From Octopus vulgaris (lineage: Eukaryota): a stretch of DNA of 64,000 bases. The notes beneath the pieces were generated by a model. That model did not search any database, was not told where the DNA came from, and saw only the letters and a program-made list of their open reading frames with translations. The stretch spans positions 206,088,001 through 206,152,000 of the forward strand of contig OX597814.1 in NCBI GenBank assembly GCA_951406725.2, given 5' to 3'. The number at the start of each line of letters is the position of its first letter. Positions within the stretch are counted from its first letter, which is position 1. The translations under genes were made by a program, and so were the position numbers. Positions 22,149 through 34,126 of the stretch are shown in pieces.

Positions 22149-25100
22149 ATCATCATCATCATCATCATCATTTAACGTCCGCTTTCCATGCTAGCATGGG
22201 TTGGACGGTTCAACTGGGGTCTGGGGAGCCCGAAGGCTGCACCAGGCCAGTCAGATCTGGCAGTGTTTCTACAGCTGGATGCCCTTCCTAATGCCAACCA
22301 CTCCGAGAGTGTAGTGGGTGATTTTATGTGCCACCGACACAGGTGACACAGGTGCCAGACGAGGCTGGCTGACGGCCACGCTCGGATGGTGTTTTTTATG
22401 TGCCACCGACACAGGTGCCAGATGAGGCTGGCGAACGGCCACGATCAGATGGTGTTTGTTACGTGCCCACAGCACGGAGGCCAGTTGATCCGGTACTGGC
22501 TACGGCCACGTTCGGATGGTTTTCTTGTGTGCCACCGGCACTGGTACCACAAAGATACAAATTCAATTGATGTTCATCTATTTTGATTTTGTTTGATTTT
22601 CACTTGCCTCAACAGGTCTTCACAAGTGTCACAAGAAGGAAGGTATGCACAGGTGGACTGACTACGTCCCAGGTAGGGGCCACGGGTTATGGCCTGACTA
22701 GTCTTGCCGGGTCTTCTCACGCACAGCATACTTCCATAGGTCTCGGTCTCTAGTCATTTCCTTGGTGAGACCTAAAGTTCGAAGGTCGTGCTTCACCACC
22801 TCGTCCCAGGTTTTCCTGGGTCTACCTCTTCCACAGGTTCCCTCAACTGCTAGGGTGTAGCACTTTTGCACACAACTATCTTCAGCCATTCTCGTCACAT
22901 GACCATACCAGCGCAGCCGTCTCTCTTGCACACCACAACTGACGCTTCTTAGGTTCAACTTTTCTCTCAAGGTACTTACACTCTGATGATTATGAACACT
23001 GACATTACACATCCATCGGAGCATACTGGCTTCATTCCTCACGAGCTTACGCATGTCCTCAGCAGTCACGGCCCATGTTTCACTGCCATGTAGCATAGCT
23101 GTTCGTACACATGCATCATACAGTCTGCCTTTTACTCTGAGCGAGAGGCCTTTAGTCACCAGCAGAGGTAAGAGCTTCCTAAACTTTGCCCAGGCTATTC
23201 TTATTCTAGCAGTTACACTTTCAGCGCACCCACCCCCACTACTGACTTGGTCACCTAGATAGCGGAAGCTATCAACTACTTCTAGTTTTTCCCCCCGGAA
23301 AGTGACGGAAGTTGTTTTCTGCAGATTTTCGGAGGTCAATGCTCCAGAGCATCTGCCACATACAAAAACTATTTTCCTAGTTAGCCTTCCTTTGACATTG
23401 CCGCACCTCTTATGTGTCCATAGCTTACATTTGGTGCACCTTATAGAGTTTCTACCTACACCTTTTTTACAGATCGAGCAGGGCCATCTACCTGAAGTCG
23501 TTTGTGATTGGTCCACCTTCCTACTTATTAGGACTTTGGTTTTGGCTAGGTTGATTCTAAGGCCCTTCGATTCTAATCCTTGTTTCCACACCTGAAACTT
23601 CTCCTCCAGTTCTGATAGTGACTCAGCAATTAGAGCAAGGTCATCAGCATAGAGGAGCTCCCAGGGGCAACCTGTCTTGAATTCCTCCGTTATTGCCTGG
23701 AGGACTATGATAAATAGGAGGGGACTGAGGACTGAACCTTGGTGGACCCCTACCTCAACCCGGAATTCTTCACTGTACTCGTTGCCAACCCTCACCTTAC
23801 TAGCAGCGTCTCTGTACATGGCTCGCACAGCTCTCACTAACCATTCATCTATCCCTAGTTTCCTCATTGACCACCAGATAAGGGATCGGGGACCCTGTCA
23901 AAGGCTTTCTCCAAGTCAACAAAAGCCAGGTACAAGGGCTTATCTTTGGCTAGGTATTTCTCCTGCAGCTGTCTTACCAGGAATATAGCATCAGTAGTAC
24001 TTTTCCCTGGCACGAACCCAAACTGCATATCATCTAAGCTAACTCTCTCTCTAATTAATTGAGCTATAACCCTCTCCGTAACCTTCATTACCTGATCCAG
24101 CAGCTTGATGCCCCTGTAGTTATTTGTATCTAGGGCGTCACCTTTACCTTTGTAGCAGTTGACTATTATGCTGCTACACCAGTCATTGGGTATGACTCCT
24201 TCGTGTATCACCTGGTTAACTATACGGGTGACTATGCTATAGCCGACACTACCAGATGTTTTGAGCATCTCTGCAGTAATTCCTGATGGGCCAGGGGCTT
24301 TCCCTGTTTTAATGCTTCTAATTGCCTTAACTACTAAGGAGCTGTTAACTCGGATTGCTGGTCCCTCTGTTGGGTCCACATTCAGCAGACTCTCTTTATC
24401 CCATTCATTTTTCTCATTCAGCAACCTTTCATAGTGGCGTCTCCAAGCCTCTCTCTTTGCATCCTCATTTAGCGCAAGTGAACCGTCATCCTTGCGAACA
24501 CATTTCTCTCCTACCACATCACGATTCTCTCTCACACACTGTCTTGCAACACGAAATACCTCAAGTCTTTCATCCTCACAGCACAGGACATTGGCAAATT
24601 TTTTCTTATCTGCTTCCCCTCTGGCTAGATAGACCTGTCTCCTAGCTTCCCTTCTGGCAGTCTGATACACTTCCCTGCTACCACCGTTCTTCCAGGCCTT
24701 CCAAGCCTGTTTCTTTTGTCTAATAGCCCTGTCAACAATATTGTTCCACCACCACGTTATTTTGGGTCTTAAGGGGACTTTGCACCAGCCACAGATCTGG
24801 TCAGTGGCTTTCAGCAGGTTGTCCCTCAGAAGCGTCCAGTTGTCTTCTACCCCATGCGTAGCTATACCCCCTTCCATTTCGTCAAAGGCTTCAAGTAACA
24901 TGTCTCTAAATCTCTGTCCATTCGCAGGGTCTTTAAGCTTCCAGACCCTTCTTCTCCATGTTGGTCGCCCTCTTATTCCTGATCCTAAAGTCACTAACTA
25001 CCAGTCTATGTTGTGGGGTGCATTCTTCGCCTGGGAAGGTTTTGGCATTTATAAGCAGCCATCTCTCCCTTTGCCTGGCAAGGATGTAGTCGATTTGGCT

Positions 25101-26300
25101 AGTATGCCGGCCCAATCGGTAGGTGACTAGGTGGCCTGTCGGTTTCCTGACGTTAGTGTTGCAGACCATAAGACTATTCGCATCGCAGAACTCCAGCAGC
25201 CTGGTTCCCTCCTCGTTGCGGGAACCATAACCGTAGCCTCCATGTACGTCATGGAAGCCCCCAGCATGTCGTCCAACATGCCCATTGAAATCACCAGCCA
25301 CAAAGAGAAGGTCCCTGTCGTTCGTCAATGAGGTGGTCTGCAATAGGGTGTCATAGAAACTGTCTTTCTGTCCATCGGGTAGCCCTGGCTGAGGGGCATA
25401 GGCCGATATAATGGTTGCTAATCTATTATGAAGCACTCTTCTAATCTTAAGTATTCTGTCACTTACTCTGATTACCTCAATTACTCTATCTACCCATTTC
25501 TCAGCGATAAGTATACCCACGCCACCAACCCCGTCAGTGTTCCCTGCCCAGAAAATCTTGTACCTGTGTTCCTTGCCTGTGAGGAGCCTAGCAGATCCTC
25601 CTCTCCACCTTATTTCTTGCATGCAACATACATCAACAAATCTCCGTTCAAGCATCTCGACTATCTCGCCAGATCTACCTTTCAGTGTGCCAACGTTGAG
25701 GGTGTGGAAGGTATGGGCCCGAGAGGCCCAGGGACGGGGAGCAGTGGCGTCATGTACCTGAAAAGAAGAAAGCTCGCATTTGGCAGAATTGATAAGCAAA
25801 GCAATGATCTTAAGTTCAACCTGTTACCCTACACTATCATGTTTTGCGCTGTATGGTCACCACCTTATATAGAAGGGGTGGTATTGGCTTAAGGCCTTTA
25901 GGTGTTCATGGAAGAAAAGCAAAGGAAGACAAGGTGAGATAAGGACTTCCGGTACAGGTGGAGGGGGCGGGAGGGCGGGCGCACCGCGCACTGGGAAAAG
26001 ATGAGATTTAGGCGGCAGAAAGACAAGATTTGAGACGAAATGCTTTGCGGTCGTGTGAATAAGTTTCTATGAGTGAAAGTTGGGAAAGATGGGGTAGAGA
26101 TTAAGCGACAGAAAGACCAGATTTGAGACGAAATGTTTTGCGGTCGTGTGAATAAGTTTCTGTGAGTGAAAGTTTATATGCTTCAGCTAGCATTTGAGAC
26201 GAAAGACAACGATAACGATAATAAAAGGGGAAACAATAAGGCTTGATGGTGATAATAATACTTGCAAAAATACAATGAAAGGAGGAAACAGGTCGGAAAC
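22149..26300 (-). mobile_element. Apparently full-length RTE-clade LINE (~4.15 kb): 5' UTR, APE endonuclease, RT, PHD-like finger, 3' UTR, (GAT)n; two frameshifts
   Basis: ORF 24933-25799 (TLNVGTL, MQEIRW, SAYAPQ, GDFNGH, QIDY), ORF 23864-24994 and ORF 22698-23867 (YADD); (CAT)n on the plus strand at 22149-22171; ~90-bp direct repeat in the 5' UTR (about 26005-26173). Confidence 0.95.
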
Positions 26301-26329
26301 TTAAATATATCTTATATATATCTTATATA

Positions 26330-26565
26330 TATATATATATAATTATGTATGTATACATGTTTGTGTGTCTGTGTTTGTGACCCCACCATCGCTTGACAAC
26401 CAATGTTAGTGTATTTACATCTCCATAACCTAGCGGTTCAACAGAAGAGACCGATAGAATAAGTACTAGGCTTACAAAGGATAAGTCTTGGGGTCGATTT
26501 GCTCGACTAAAGGCGGTGCTCCAGCATGGCCACAGTCAAATGACTGAAACAAATAAAAGAATATA
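26330..26565 (+). mobile_element. 3' half of the SINE begun at 21997
   Basis: Colinear with 10775-11010 (...ggggtcgattt...aaggcggtgctccagcatggcc...aaaagaata). Confidence 0.7.
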
Positions 26566-27709
26566 TCTATGAAGCTGGTCATAAAATTTCTTTGGGAATT
26601 CCTTAGAAAGATGAAAGAAATAATACCCAGAAAAAATAACGTCAACAACAGCAACAACATTATGGATAAACACTAAAATTGAAATTCTTAATGCATCTTA
26701 TCTGTTTGATTTGTTACAAAAATTATCCCAGATGGCAACCAACAAAAAGTTTGCCACTTTTCAAGATGAGGTACATTAATTTGAATTAATTGAAATACAG
26801 GTATAACTGATACAAGATTTTATTCTTTCGGTAAATATTTCATACCTTAGTGTGGAATAATTTTTTGGAGTGCATTCAATGTATCTGAACTCCAAACTCG
26901 CCCCAAGCTACTTTTTTTCCAGAAAAGAAAGGTGGGAGGGGTGGTAGAGACCTTGAAGTTTCCCACAAAGGGAATTTTGTTTCACGAGTCCTTTTTTTCT
27001 TTTCCAGAATATTTTGCATGCTTTCAATGAATCTGACATCGAAATCATGCATAAATGGCTCCTTTTTCCAGAAAAGATTTGGCTGTTATTTCTAGCATGC
27101 CCTACTACCACATAACAATTATTTCCATTGACACCGAAATATTTACCAGAGTTTTCCCTTCCATTTATTTTTTCCACTTTATGGAAGTTAATATTTTCTA
27201 TGTTGACATCCTCCTCAGTTAATTGTGCTTTTCACCCACTTCTCTGCTTTCTAGAAGAAAAGCCCTTACATTATCTCAAAGCTATGAGAATTCACTAATA
27301 TGATTTGTTTATTTTCTAAACAGATTTCGTCGAGGAATCAGATACAACGGGTTTTGGCCATTTTAAACATTAAAGGGTTAAAAGTGCCAAAACTATAAAA
27401 TCAGCCTTTTTGAGGGCTTTTTGAGGGCTTTAGAACCCAAAAACTATATAGTTTTTTTTGTTTTGAGGTTTTTTTCGCTTAAGAGTTAAAAATCCTGATT
27501 TTATAGTTTTAAATTTCAAAGGGCCTAAAAAAAGGCTGATTTCATAGTTTTGGCCCTTTTTAAGGTTTTTAAAGGGTTTTAGAGCCAGAAAAGGTAAAAA
27601 ATAAAACTCAAATGAAACATAATATTAGTATTAAACTAAAAGAAGTTTACTGATAAGGTGATACTTTGATACTTTGATAGGTTTCAGCCATTATTGGCCC
27701 AGGCCATGT

Positions 27710-28195
27710 CTAACTTAATAGCACCACCTGGTGATCATAAATTTTTTTTTTTTTTATTAAATTGGAAAACATGATATATGCATGATTCAACTTTTCCTCT
27801 TCTCCGCTATTTTGTTGATGATATAAATGTTGCCCTTCTTGAAAATTAGCAAACAAATTTTCATCAGACAAGGACGATCTCTTGACACTCAAGATGTCTT
27901 TGTCCATGGAAAATAAATGTTCAACTGCAGCACTGGAAGGGACGGATGTGTTGAACTTGACAAACAAGTCCACCAACACTTGCTCACTGAATGGCGCGTA
28001 CAATATTAAATATGATAAGACAATCATTAAACAATAGAAACTTGTAAACGTTTACTGGTTTTATTGAAATTTTGGGATTAGTGGAAGCTAAATGTAACGG
28101 AAGTTAATTAGTCTGGTAATGATTTTCAAAGTTAAATCGTTAATGAAAATATTAACTTTGTTAATTAACGATTAACGGACTTATGCCCAGCTCTG
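27710..28195 (-). pseudogene. hAT transposase C-terminal dimerization-domain relic
   Basis: LFVKFNTSVPSSAAVEHLFS...ILSVKRSSLSDEN; CAGAGCTGGGC hAT-like end at about 28194. Confidence 0.7.
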
Positions 28196-28429
28196 TGAGA
28201 AAGAGAGAGTGAGAGAGACAGACAGACAGACAGACAAAAGAAATAATATCTCAGTTCTTAGCAACAAGTTGATTTCAACGTATTTTCGCAAGACTGATCT
28301 TTGAGTTAGTCAGTTTTTTAGGATAGAGGTAAGAACTTTTCCATATCTTCTATAACTGGTATTTTATCATACGTTCTAAGAAAAGGAATTACAATTTTTT
28401 TAATCCATTACTGATAAATATGATATTGC

Positions 28430-29180
28430 ATATAACTTCTTTTTATGTTTTGCAATTTTCAGAAAACTTTTGTGAATTTGTCTTCTACACATGAGAATTC
28501 AAATGATTATGAAAAAAATTGTGTGTGATTTAAGGGCGATTTAGCTGTTATTTTTAGTCCATCTCACGACCACCTGATACCTTCTTCGTTTCTTTGTCAC
28601 TGGCATGTATTAATATTTTGCAATATTTTTCTCCCCATAAACACGTTTAGTGGAATGATGATGCACCCAAGGGTGGATTTGAGTCAAAGATTTGGACTAT
28701 CCATATTTTAAAATTCCGATTTAAAAGAAAATACAACAGAGAGTAGAAATGAAGGTAGCAGGTGCTCGTGGTTTTTATTTTTTGGAATTTTCAGAAAAGT
28801 TTTGTGAATTTGTGTTCTATGCACTGGAATTCATATACTTATTGCCAAATAAAAAGGAAAAAGAAAAAAAAATTCTTATTTAAAACCACATAAATCCTAA
28901 AAATTTCCTACTTCTTTTCAATTTTTTCTTTTAAATCAGAGTTTAAAATACAGAAACTCAGAACGTTTTGCTTAAATTCCAGCAGTGGACCATTCTTGAA
29001 GAATATCAATACACTATAGTAACAAAGAAATGAAGAAGAAATCAGGTGGCTGTGCGATGTGCTAAAAACAACAGCTAAATTGCCTAAATCCCATACAAAA
29101 ATTCTATTTGCCTAATCTTTTGAATTTCCATGTGTAGAAGAAAAATTTTCTGAAAATTTTAAAAAATAGTAAAGTTACGA
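28430..29180. mobile_element. Foldback/MITE-like element with long imperfect inverted repeats
   Basis: About 28450-28620 is reverse-complementary to about 29000-29160, and about 28670-28735 to about 28920-28985. Confidence 0.6.
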
Positions 29181-29227
29181 GGGGTTATACGGGGTGCTTT
29201 AATAAAAATTCTGCTCCTCCGACTAAG

Positions 29228-31215
29228 AGGAAATGTCGACCGTATTCCATTGAATATCTGTCTTGTGGCTGTATTCTATCAGCACAGAATGAAGGGAAAA
29301 CAATGTCTCAGCCATGCCAGCTCAGAATTCCTTCAGAGACCAAGTTCAAAGACAACTAAAACAATCCAGTAGAATATTTTAGAAAACTGCACAATGAATT
29401 CCAAGCAAGGAAAATGGAGAATAAGTGTCAAAATCATAATGGTTGACTGGAATCCTATGAAATTTCTAAAATGATAGCAAAGATTGGGAAACCCCATAAT
29501 ATTGGTGAAACTAATTTTGCCAGTGGTATCTGTCATAGTGTCATCATTTATGAAACAAAATGCTACTGAGATTACTTGTAAGATTCCTTTAAGCAACTCA
29601 TCAGTGTCACGGTGCGTCGATGAAATGGCTAAGATGGAGAGAAGCAACCTGTAGCCAAACTGCAAGTAAAGAAATTTTTTCTTCAACCTGATGAATCTAC
29701 CCTGAGAGACAGTAAAGCTATAGTATTGGCATATAATCGTTTTTTTTTTTGGTGGTGGTGGTGGTGGTGGTGGTGGTGGTGGTGGTGGTGGGGTGTAATG
29801 AATTCAGAGAGGAAATTCATTTTACCAGACATCTTAAAACAGATACTAAAGGCAAAACAAATTTTCAAAGGCTCTATAACTTATTTCGAGGAACATAATA
29901 TTCCCCTGGGAAATGTGAGAGTTTGTGCTAATGACTGTGTTCCGCCCATGATTGGCAGATACAGAGATTTTGTTGCCTGTTGAATAAATGGTATTTTCTA
30001 TACACTGTGTGATAACACCAGTAAAACCTACTTGTGAAACAATCAAGAGCACATCTGCACGATCCCCTTAATATTGTAATATTATTTACAAGATCACATA
30101 TTTCATGAATTCTGTAATCAAAATGAAGAAATTGAATGCTTTGTAATTCACACGAACATGATATGGTTATCAAACTGTCTGCGTCATTTTTTTTTGTACT
30201 TTGGTATATTATTGTTTCATTCCTGGCTAACAACAATCACAGCCAACAAATGATTGCAGCTAAAAGTACAACTGCACTTCCACTCCACAAATGGTTGCAG
30301 CTAAATGCGATATATTTTATTTATCAGAAAAATTTGATAAAATATATCTGACAAACAGCTTCAAGAAGACTTTGACCTCATATCCTCCAAAGGAGCGATT
30401 GCTGCTTTTCTGGGGAAAGTACAGCTCTAGGAAATAAATATTGTATGCTGTGTATTATTAGAATTTCCCTGTTTGGAATCAATTAACAGTAATCTGCACG
30501 ATGACGACCTTGTTTACTGAACATTTGAAAAGCTTGCATAATGATATGCAAGGTCAGTTTAATGACCTGCTGCAGTTAAATATACCGCGTTGGGTGACAT
30601 TTCATGTTGCTGGTGTAGATATCTGTTTGCAGGAGAATCTCATTGAATTGCAGAACGATGAAATATTTCAAGCAAGATTTAAAGATGGAGAACGTAATGT
30701 ATGGTAAAAAAAATGACACTGCTACAAAGTATCCATTATTCTGGTGGGGGAGTGCAGTTGTACTTTACTACTTTTCCTTTATCTTACCTTGTTGAATCTG
30801 GTTTCAGCCATGTCGCTAATTTACTGTGAACAGCTCATAATTGAATCGACATTGTAGAAAAAGGTGATCTTCAATTATCATTGACAACACAAGAGCAGAA
30901 CAATTTAAAACTAACAAAGCAGCACCAACCACCAGACTTGCATTAAAGAAATTAACACAAAGGTACTACCTTATGTAAATAAATATATACCTGTATATTT
31001 ATTTTACTTGGGAGCATTCATTTTCCGTAGAATTTAGTTGTTAAGAAATTGGTTATAGGTCCACAGTACACAAGATATTTTAACGACTTTTATACAAGTC
31101 CTAATTTGACTTTTTTAAACATCGAATGGGTATGGTGGGTGTGGGGGAGGGTCCCAAGGAGTAAAATAGGAATCAAAGGGGTTCTCAGGTAAAAAAAAAA
31201 GCTTGAGAACCCCTG
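29228..31215 (+). mobile_element. Decayed hAT (Charlie/Buster, SCAND3-like) DNA transposon with right TIR
   Basis: Fragments RKCRPYSIEYL, IPLSNSSVSRCVDEMA, LQPDESTLRDSKAIVLAY, IHCVI, LQENLIELQND and SYLVESGFS; terminal ttgagaacccctg (reverse complement CAGGGGTTCTCAA) ending at 31215; contains (TGG)n at 29750-29791. Confidence 0.85.
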
Positions 31216-32140
31216 GTTTGCATAGCTGAGAGTTTGGAACGTAGGTAATAGATATTATTTTGAAGGAATTTTTCCTCAAACTTGACCCAATTGTAAATGA
31301 GGTAACAAATAAAATATGTCGATAATTTTTGGCAAAGAAGCTATAAGGAAGAAGCTATAAAGAATATTTTATGTTGAGTTTTTAGATTTCGTTGAGTTTC
31401 ATTAATTTCATATTATGTGCTATTTTTCCAAAATCCTCTTTCATTTGACAAAGATATTTAAGATTTTGTTGCATTTCTGATCTTTCTGATGTCTAAGGAC
31501 GGATGTTTATGTGTATGACTCTTTTGGCAAATTTAATTCTGGGGAAATGGAAAAGCATATTTACCTAGTCTTGTCTTACCCATTTTGCCCCGCCTATATT
31601 TGTCTTTTATATGCCGAAAAAAACAGTGATAATTTTCTGAAATATTATTCTGAATATATCATAGGTTTTACTGAGTTTAGAGAAGGTCTTTACTCCGTTG
31701 ATAGAGTTTTGGTAAGGTAGTGAATATTTTAAAAAAATATATTTACTTCGAAGTCAAAAATGCAGTAAATGTTACTCATTGTACCCCACCTACTCTTAAT
31801 GGAAACTGGAAAAGCAGACTTTGGGAAATAGCTGTTTGAATTTTATCAAGGTGTGCCCCACTTTCTTTCTTTTTTTTTTTAACACATTACAAAACAATGA
31901 AGGGAAGCCGTTTTAAAAAAAGAACTTTTTAAATCCACGTCTTTGAAATGCTGGTATCTCTACCCCGCCTCTCTTTCTCTTTGTCTGTCTGTCTCTCTCT
32001 CTCTCTCTCTTTCTCTGTCTCTCTCTCTCACTCTCATCCTGTCTTTGGAACAGCAACAATGACAAAAATGATTTCTGTCATTTTATCTTCTACACTCTGA
32101 GACATATGTAACTCACATTAAAAGAAAAAAAAAACCTTAC

Positions 32141-32264
32141 CCCACTCTTCCCTACCGCAAGTGGATGTGTGAAAAACGAAACTTGAAGTTTGTTTTTTAA
32201 ATTGCAAGTTATAATTTTTATTGCCTTCACAGTGTTTACCGTTTTACAAAATTAAACTAGAAAA
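32141..32264 (-). other. Candidate non-coding 5' UTR exon of the PARP14-like gene
   Basis: Long minus-strand polypyrimidine tract (about 32270-32345), CAG (32265) or TAG (32257) acceptor, donor GGG|GTAAGG at 32140; no ATG inside. Confidence 0.4.
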
Positions 32265-32399
32265 CTGAACAAAACAGAGAATACAATTGAAAAAAATTAA
32301 AAAGAAGAAAGAAAGAGAAAAAAGAAAAAAACAAAAGAACAAAACAATTTACCACCTTGGGTTGAAAAGTTGAGGGCACTGGGAAATCTTTCTACTGGT

Positions 32400-32870
32400 T
32401 ATTGAGACACACCAGTACGCTTGCAACGTTGCCGCAGATGATGGCGAAGCTGATATGCTGGAACAGCCAAGCGCCCTCATGAGCCTGACCAGTTACCTCT
32501 GCCAGGTGAGTTGCCAGTGAAGACAGGAATCTCGCAGTGGCCCGACTCCACTAAACGTCTTGAACGCCACAGGATGGAAAATGTAGTTGGCCGACAGATC
32601 GCAGTATTTCAGGATTTTGTTCCGATCGGCCGCAGAAGCTGTGGATCTCGCCCTGACCACAGCATCCAAGATGTGAGAAGAAGCAAAGGAGTCGCTAACT
32701 GTGACATCCCAGACAAGGGACCAGGGGCATAGAGTGAGGCTGTCAGATCTCCTCTCGTCACATTTGGACAATCCAGATGGTTCTAAGATGTATGGGATGT
32801 TTTCCCGGGCCAAGCTCCTCTTGAGTATCAAGTTCAACTCTATATGATGCGCGAAACGACCAGTATGAAA
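32400..32870 (-). pseudogene. CRE-like non-LTR retrotransposon restriction-like endonuclease relic
   Basis: LNLILKRSL...LEPSGLSKCDERRSDSLTLCPW..LVWDVTVSD...KILKY.DL...YIFHPVAFKT. Confidence 0.7.
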
Positions 32871-33276
32871 AAGTGTATCTATAAAGCGACATTTTCGGTC
32901 ATTTGTTTAAACTTTCTCTCCTAAATCATCAAATTCAATTATTTGAAGGAGATGGGTTTTGAGATTTAAATTTGGCAATTTTCTAAGATTTTAATTCTTG
33001 TGTATAAGGGGCTCATCGATCTTGAAGTGCCTCGTGCCCCCTATGGTTTAAATCCGACCCTGCATCTGAAAGGTATTTGCAGAACATTTCACGAAAATAA
33101 AAAAAATAAAAAACATCAATTTTTCTGAAAGTTATGAGAAAACAAAGTCATGGGGCAAAGTTGTGTGGTTATGATGTAGTGAAAAGTATTGAAAGTGACT
33201 TTGTGAAGAATGTGTAAAGCAATCGAAAAATGGGTTTACAGAAATTAAATTAGGAAGTTGTAAAGCGCAAACTTAC

Positions 33277-33370
33277 CTCGTAACAACTCAGAGCAAAATT
33301 GAAACTTGAATATTTATATGATGGTTTTTAAGTCGTTGATTGGTTTAACAATTTTGTATGATATCAATGT
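33277..33370 (-). other. Candidate first (non-coding) exon of the PARP14-like gene; 5' boundary unknown
   Basis: Consensus donor GAG|GTAAGT at 33276, directly downstream (on the minus strand) of a cluster of promoter motifs. Confidence 0.4.
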
Positions 33371-33625
33371 TTTTCCGAGAAAAACACTTCCCCTTTGTCC
33401 TCTTTTTCATTATTTGCTTTCATGAGAACTTTGTGATAACAGTTTATTATCATTATTTGCAACAGACGAAATATAAAAAAGGAAGTGGCTGATAAAGAGA
33501 GAAAGAAATAGTTTTAATAGGAAATACACGGTGAAAGTAGGTTAGGGAAGATTTCACTTTCATTTTTGTCAATGACCTCAGTAAAACTTATCTGGTTTTC
33601 CCCAGTGGTGGCCACTGATTGGCAT
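33370..33625 (-). promoter_or_regulatory. Putative immune-responsive promoter: GAS, N4-GAS, ETS, IRF-E/ISRE, kB and NF-Y CCAAT motifs
   Basis: TTCCGAGAA (33373-33381), TTCATGAGAA (33419-33428), CACTTCC (about 33385) and AGGAAGTG (33480), AAAATGAAAGTGAAA on the minus strand (33552-33566), GGGGAAAACC on the minus strand (33594-33603), CCAATCAG on the minus strand (33615-33622). Confidence 0.45.
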
Positions 33626-33899
33626 GTTTCCCCCCCCCCCACCCACAAACCTTCTGTGGGTACACACACAGTCTTACCTACTTATATGTGCACCCTATCA
33701 ACAGGTTTGTTTCCTCATAACTTTCAGAAAAATGGATATTTTAAGAAATTTTCTACAAACGACGTAGTTGACGATTATATGAGAATTGATATGAAAAAGA
33801 AAGTAGGTGAGTGCTCACAACGGCACACAATGAGACACATAACGATATCTTTTTTCAGTTCAAAGTTCATTTTGTAGATATGCGATATGTGTCAGTATG

Positions 33900-34120
33900 T
33901 ATTCTTTTACTTGTTTCAGTAATTTGACTGCGGCCATGCTGGAGCACCGCCTTGAAGGGTTTTTAAAGTTGAAGAAATTGACACCAGAACTTATTCTTTG
34001 TAAGCCTAGTACTTATTCTCTCGTTTTTTTTTCTTTTTGCTGAACGCTAGGTTGCGGGGATAAAGACGCACCAAGCAATAGCGGGGGATGGACGGAGACA
34101 CACACACACACACACACACA
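33900..34120 (-). mobile_element. SINE 3' portion
   Basis: Reverse complement of the SINE tail at 26440-26562 (gcggccatgctggagcaccgcctt...gcctagtacttattct). Confidence 0.7.
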
Positions 34121-34126
34121 TATATA

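Noticed and set aside
22140-26301. ggaaact as a target-site duplication of the full-length RTE
   Set aside because: Present near both ends but offset by extra bases, and part of the SINE is missing, so it is not a clean TSD.
26908-27250. 89-aa minus-strand ORF with an upstream AG acceptor as another PARP14-like exon
   Set aside because: In-frame TGA just after the acceptor, no RRM-like motif, and 26950-27105 is homologous to the dispersed repeat at about 39170-39345.
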